Of a DNA stretch of 59,587 nt, positions 55,866-59,587 are shown in pieces. A program made the translations under genes and the position numbers. Below the pieces are notes generated by a model, which saw only the letters and a list, made by a program, of their open reading frames with translations, ran no database searches and was not told the origin of the DNA. Source of the stretch: a virus (taxonomy: Duplodnaviria; Caudoviricetes). Numbering within the stretch: position 1 is the stretch's first letter; each line of letters opens with the position of its first letter. Where the stretch lies: positions 1-59,587 of IMG/VR virus record IMGVR_UViG_3300029309_000030, one strand, 5' to 3'.

Positions 55866-56821
55866 AAATTATGGCAAAAAGCAAGAGAAAATACAACCCA
55901 CAGAAATCAAAAGAATGGAATGACAAATGCGAAAAAGAATGGTTTGACTCATTCGCTGAGGCAATTCAGACAGGTAATCTTCCGTGGCAAAAGCCGTGGA
56001 AGCCTAACGGTACTGGATTTGACGGCATCCCAATGAACTTAGCAAGCAAGAAAGAGTATCGAGGTGGTAACACCATGAGGCTTATGATTGAAGCAATGTT
56101 TAGAGGTTGGACTGACCTAAGATTCGCTACAAGAAAGCAACTAATCAACGCAGGACTTTCTATTAAAGGGCTCAAAAGTGGTACTGGTTGCATCGTCAAG
56201 TATGCCGAGCGAAAGCCATACGAAGAAGAGCAAGACGACGGCACTATCGAAATCAAATACCGATGGATTAGAAAGTGGTATGAGGTATTCAACATTGAAC
56301 AATGTGAGGACTACGAAGCACCAAAGCCCGACCCGACAGCAGAAGTCAAGCCGACTCATGATATGATGAAGCACTTTAACGACTACATCAAGAACGAAGG
56401 TATCACCTTCAAGACTGGTGGCAACCGGGCTTTCTATCGAAGCAGTGCTGACCTTATCCAACTACCTACCCATGACTCTTTCATCACTCCAATCGGTGAG
56501 GTCATGACAGCATTCCACGAAGCAGGACATTCAACTGGTCATACAAGCAGATTGAAGCGGCCACTAGGCAACGGTTTCGGCACCAAAGCATACGCCTTTG
56601 AAGAACTGATAGCGGAACTATCATCCATGCTTGTAGTCATGCGACTCGGTGGCGAATTCGTACCGGATTCAGTACAAGAAGAGAACGCTAACAATGTGGC
56701 TTATCTACAGTCATGGTTGAAATCCTGTGAGGACAAAGATGAGGCTCTAGGTCTAGCATTCCACGAAGCCCAAAAAGCGGCTGACTACATGATTGAATCA
56801 ATCAAAAAAGGAGAGGAATAA
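55862..56821 (+). CDS. ardC: ArdC-like antirestriction/ssDNA-binding protein with zincin-like domain
   Basis: LPWQKPW, P.N..S.K.YRG.N, VFNIEQ (ArdC N-domain); RAFY...D.IQLP, FHEAGHSTGH..RL.R, YAFEELIAE, YLQSWL (metallopeptidase-like domain). Confidence 0.85.
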   Translation: MKIMAKSKRKYNPQKSKEWNDKCEKEWFDSFAEAIQTGNLPWQKPWKPNGTGFDGIPMNLASKKEYRGGNTMRLMIEAMFRGWTDLRFATRKQLINAGLSIKGLKSGTGCIVKYAERKPYEEEQDDGTIEIKYRWIRKWYEVFNIEQCEDYEAPKPDPTAEVKPTHDMMKHFNDYIKNEGITFKTGGNRAFYRSSADLIQLPTHDSFITPIGEVMTAFHEAGHSTGHTSRLKRPLGNGFGTKAYAFEELIAELSSMLVVMRLGGEFVPDSVQEENANNVAYLQSWLKSCEDKDEALGLAFHEAQKAADYMIESIKKGEE

Positions 56822-56823
56822 AT

Positions 56824-57009
56824 ATGAATATAGAACAAAATGAGATTTTCAATGGCAGACACAAAGAACTAGACGAGAACAAATTTAACAGCATCATAAA
56901 AGACATTGAGGATTTTGCTGAATTGGCAAAGTATAGCGATACGGCTCTTTGGCGACTAATGAATATCATGATGGTCGCAAAGGTAGAATATGAAATAGTA
57001 AGGAGATGA
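56824..57009 (+). CDS. Small hypothetical protein
   Basis: 61 aa; GGAGAGG RBS. Confidence 0.55.
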   Translation: MNIEQNEIFNGRHKELDENKFNSIIKDIEDFAELAKYSDTALWRLMNIMMVAKVEYEIVRR

Positions 57010-57015
57010 AGAATA

Positions 57016-57246
57016 ATGACAAAAATAAGATGTGCAAAGTGCTGTAAAATAACAGATGTAGATGATGAAGATATGTGGCAAGGAGAATTAGAGGATGTGG
57101 CCGATGGTCACCTATCCTTTAGATTCACACATTATTGTGAGAACGAAATAAGAGAAGGTGAGGACTGGGAAGAATGCGGTCACACAATCGAAGTCATAAG
57201 ATACGCTAAACTACAAGACTACAGGGATATTGAACAGGAGGAATAA
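57016..57246 (+). CDS. Small zinc-binding protein
   Basis: CAKC...YC...ECGH; GGAGATGA RBS. Confidence 0.6.
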   Translation: MTKIRCAKCCKITDVDDEDMWQGELEDVADGHLSFRFTHYCENEIREGEDWEECGHTIEVIRYAKLQDYRDIEQEE

Positions 57247-57248
57247 AT

Positions 57249-57578
57249 ATGAGTGTTAATACTAAAGATAATTACCTAAGTTATGAGATACCGAAAGGCG
57301 CAACTGACTACCATGATGACCATGAGAACCACAAGTATTACTGTATAGATGATGACAGATATGATGATAACGACATCTACGAACAAGAACACTACGACTT
57401 TGAAACACTCGGAAAATACTTAGAGTACATCAAGTTCTTCAACAATTCATTCACAGATGTAGAGCCTCTTCTTGAGAAGGCAATATTGTGGGCTAATGGT
57501 GACGAGAGTATTGTTACAGAAAGAATGAACCACATGAAGAGACTTATGGAGAGACGACAATGGAGGCTCAAAGTATGA
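57249..57578 (+). CDS. Hypothetical acidic protein
   Basis: 109 aa; GGAGG RBS. Confidence 0.6.
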   Translation: MSVNTKDNYLSYEIPKGATDYHDDHENHKYYCIDDDRYDDNDIYEQEHYDFETLGKYLEYIKFFNNSFTDVEPLLEKAILWANGDESIVTERMNHMKRLMERRQWRLKV

Positions 57579-57889
57579 AAATTGGAACGGATGAATTATG
57601 GTTGACAGACGAAGAGAAAGGATGGATGCTACATGCTATTTATTTAGGTGAGGATAATATGATATTATTTTCAGAAAAAACATGGAAATGGATTGCCGAG
57701 CCGATGGTAAATACTCCAATACATCAACAATGCAATTTCTATCAACAATATATTAAATTCGGAGGCTTAGATGATTTGACATACAATAATGAAGAGGCTT
57801 TGAAGAAAACTATTGAATATGCCAACGACAAAATCACGAAGATTTTTCGATTCATTGAATCGTTTTTTGAACTCTACAACCAAGGTTGA
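57560..57889 (+). CDS. Hypothetical protein
   Basis: 109 aa; likely start MKIGTD (ATGA coupling). Confidence 0.6.
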   Translation: MEAQSMKIGTDELWLTDEEKGWMLHAIYLGEDNMILFSEKTWKWIAEPMVNTPIHQQCNFYQQYIKFGGLDDLTYNNEEALKKTIEYANDKITKIFRFIESFFELYNQG

Positions 57890-57890
57890 C

Positions 57891-57922
57891 TATATAAAGA
57901 ACCAATAAAGAAAGGGAAGTGA
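57891..57922 (+). promoter_or_regulatory. Conserved early promoter, copy 9
   Basis: TATATAAAGAACCAATAAAGAAAGGGAAGTGA. Confidence 0.75.
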
Positions 57923-58167
57923 GAAAAATGGAAATAACATTACAAGAACTAAACGAAATAATCGAGCAAGCAAAGAACGAAGCAGAAGTAACCATGCGTA
58001 GCAAGATAGCGAAGTATATCAATCAAGGTTACACTACCAACGGAATACTAAACCTGCTTAGCGAATTTAACCTTGTTACAGGTTACAGACATAAGAATCA
58101 AATTCAGATAGACGGCTTCAACTCAGATAAGCCAGTCATGATAATCAATCCGAGGGATGAAGAATGA
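57919..58167 (+). CDS. Hypothetical protein
   Basis: 82 aa behind promoter copy 9. Confidence 0.6.
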   Translation: MRKMEITLQELNEIIEQAKNEAEVTMRSKIAKYINQGYTTNGILNLLSEFNLVTGYRHKNQIQIDGFNSDKPVMIINPRDEE

Positions 58168-58253
58168 CACCATGTAATATTTGTAATGGGTGGAATGATT
58201 CCAAAAACCAAACATGTAGTAATTGTGGTTGTCTAACGGAGGAAGAAAGATGA
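58164..58253 (+). CDS. Micro zinc-finger protein (29 aa)
   Basis: MTPCNICNGWNDSKNQTCSNCGCLTEEER; ATGA-coupled on both sides. Confidence 0.5.
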   Translation: MTPCNICNGWNDSKNQTCSNCGCLTEEER

Positions 58254-58381
58254 TTATTTTTTGCCCTACATGCCATTCAGCAATTACATATCTTAATGCT
58301 CGGAAGAGCATTACATTTGAACCATGCGAATGTATGGAGAAAATTGGATTAACTGAACCTATTATGAGTGATGAAGTATGA
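58250..58381 (+). CDS. Small Cys-rich protein (43 aa)
   Basis: MIIFCPTCHSAITYLNARKSITFEPCECMEKIG...; GGAGG RBS; ATGA coupling. Confidence 0.5.
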   Translation: MIIFCPTCHSAITYLNARKSITFEPCECMEKIGLTEPIMSDEV

Positions 58382-58548
58382 AGTCGGAAACAATACAAGC
58401 ACTCTACGATGATTACAAGGAATATCAAGAATGGTATTATCAAAACCACGGATGGGTCATGGAAGAAACTTTCCGTGAATATGTCCAACGCTGTATTGAC
58501 AACGACGAACTAGAATTACTTAGACAAATAGAAAACGGGAGAGATTGA
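58378..58548 (+). CDS. Small hypothetical protein (56 aa)
   Basis: MKSETIQALYDDYKEYQEWYY...; ATGA coupling. Confidence 0.5.
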   Translation: MKSETIQALYDDYKEYQEWYYQNHGWVMEETFREYVQRCIDNDELELLRQIENGRD

Positions 58549-58549
58549 A

Positions 58550-58705
58550 ATGGCTATGATTATTGAAAACTTTGAAACTGACAGATATAATAAAGAACAA
58601 ATTATTTCGATATTGAAACTATATGTAGAACAAACTGATTGGCTTTATCTTACAAGAGAAGAGGCAATGGAAAACGGTTGGACTTACGAGGATGCTCAAA
58701 TTTGA
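58550..58705 (+). CDS. Small hypothetical protein (51 aa)
   Basis: MAMIIENFETDRYNKEQIISILKLY...; GGGAGAG RBS; ends just before promoter copy 10. Confidence 0.5.
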   Translation: MAMIIENFETDRYNKEQIISILKLYVEQTDWLYLTREEAMENGWTYEDAQI

Positions 58706-58706
58706 G

Positions 58707-58738
58707 TATATAAAGAACTAACAAAGAAAGGGAAGTGA
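58707..58738 (+). promoter_or_regulatory. Conserved early promoter, copy 10
   Basis: TATATAAAGAACTAACAAAGAAAGGGAAGTGA. Confidence 0.7.
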
Positions 58739-59031
58739 AAGAAATGGAATACACAGCAGAACAAAAAGAGCAATACCCTCAATTCAAGAGGCAAGAAGAA
58801 TTTGACGATAACGAAACCTGTCAAGTAAGTGGCACTGGTAAGTATCGGTTCAACCAGTACGGTACAAACGGCTTTGCTTACTGGCAACATAGATTCAAGA
58901 CCAAAGATGAGGCTATCGAATGGCTATGCCATTCAAGGCCACAGAACCTTCGTAGAGTCGACCCTACTGACCCTCAATATGAGGTCATGGTTTGGGATGG
59001 TAAGACAAGAACAAGGAGGCTTAAGAAATGA
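58735..59031 (+). CDS. Hypothetical protein
   Basis: 98 aa behind promoter copy 10. Confidence 0.6.
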   Translation: MKEMEYTAEQKEQYPQFKRQEEFDDNETCQVSGTGKYRFNQYGTNGFAYWQHRFKTKDEAIEWLCHSRPQNLRRVDPTDPQYEVMVWDGKTRTRRLKK

Positions 59032-59288
59032 GTTACGAAGAAGATGAAGAATATATTTACGAAAACGGAGACTGCGAAGTGATAGATGACTATTACATTT
59101 GTGAGACTATACTATGGGAAGCAAGGGATAAGATTGACCCACCTCACAGGAACTATGTAATGTTTGCATCAAGTTCTCCCGAAACAAATGTGCAACACTT
59201 AGTGGAAAATGAAGGAATAGACCTTAAGGATATCTCAGTGGTCATCATAGGTTGCCATGAAACTATTTGGTATAAGAAGGAGGAATGA
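59028..59288 (+). CDS. Hypothetical acidic protein
   Basis: 86 aa; GGAGG RBS; ATGA coupling. Confidence 0.6.
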   Translation: MSYEEDEEYIYENGDCEVIDDYYICETILWEARDKIDPPHRNYVMFASSSPETNVQHLVENEGIDLKDISVVIIGCHETIWYKKEE

Positions 59289-59291
59289 AGA

Positions 59292-59531
59292 ATGATTGAC
59301 ACAGACAAATACGAAGGGCATGATAATTGGGAAGGCACTAAAGTCAATATGGCTAACGAGGCAAATAAATTACTCATAGCCGACGCACCACTTCTTCTAC
59401 AGGAAGTCAAGCGGTTGCGTGAAGAAAACAATCGCTATCTTGACTTTATCCTTTGGCTCGGTATAGAACATAAAGGAAAAAAACTCGCATGGGAATATGG
59501 AGATGAAAAAATAGTGGAGATGGTTGAATGA
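59292..59531 (+). CDS. Hypothetical protein with LIADAPLLL motif
   Basis: ANKLLIADAPLLLQEVKRLR, a motif type common in small phage early proteins. Confidence 0.6.
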   Translation: MIDTDKYEGHDNWEGTKVNMANEANKLLIADAPLLLQEVKRLREENNRYLDFILWLGIEHKGKKLAWEYGDEKIVEMVE

Positions 59532-59587
59532 TGACATTGAATGAAATGATAGCGCACATTCTCGGTATAGAAAATTACCAAGACCCG

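Noticed and set aside
52765-58738. Repeats of ~32 bp considered as a CRISPR array
   Set aside because: Spacing is irregular (about 160-2000 bp), the intervals contain whole genes, the repeat is a TATA promoter, and no cas genes are present.
53473-59288. Many early proteins end in GEE/EEE, suggesting a C-terminal tag
   Set aside because: Explained by the next gene's GGAGAGGAA ribosome-binding site overlapping the last codons.

Overview
About 60 kb of a tailed dsDNA (HK97-fold) virus genome, most likely infecting a marine euryarchaeote (Magrovirus/Poseidoniales-virus-like). This host call is inferred from TATA-box promoters, GGTGA-type ribosome-binding sites and gene content, not from a database search. 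Positions 1-52.3 kb form a minus-strand late/morphogenesis arm: giant LamG-containing tail protein, paired distal-tail-like proteins, a tiny tape-measure-like gene, tail chaperones, tail tube, neck, MCP, prohead protease-scaffold, a 1954-aa protein with a degenerate DNA-ligase fold, portal, a LAGLIDADG-like protein and terminase. This arm also holds an Arf-like small-GTPase/membrane-protein operon, an HMG-CoA lyase and many unrelated ORFs sharing an N-terminal 'AFEQAWxxLK' peptide. A repeat-rich non-coding switch region (52.3-53.3 kb) with putative structured RNAs is followed by plus-strand small early genes (including ArdC), arranged as cassettes headed by a near-identical ~32-bp TATA promoter. 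Best candidates for undescribed systems: (1) a shared leader peptide plus hydrophobic-hydrophobic-K cleavage code that could load and process diverse cargo proteins in the capsid, (2) the viral Arf-like GTPase membrane operon, (3) TATA-driven small structured RNAs.
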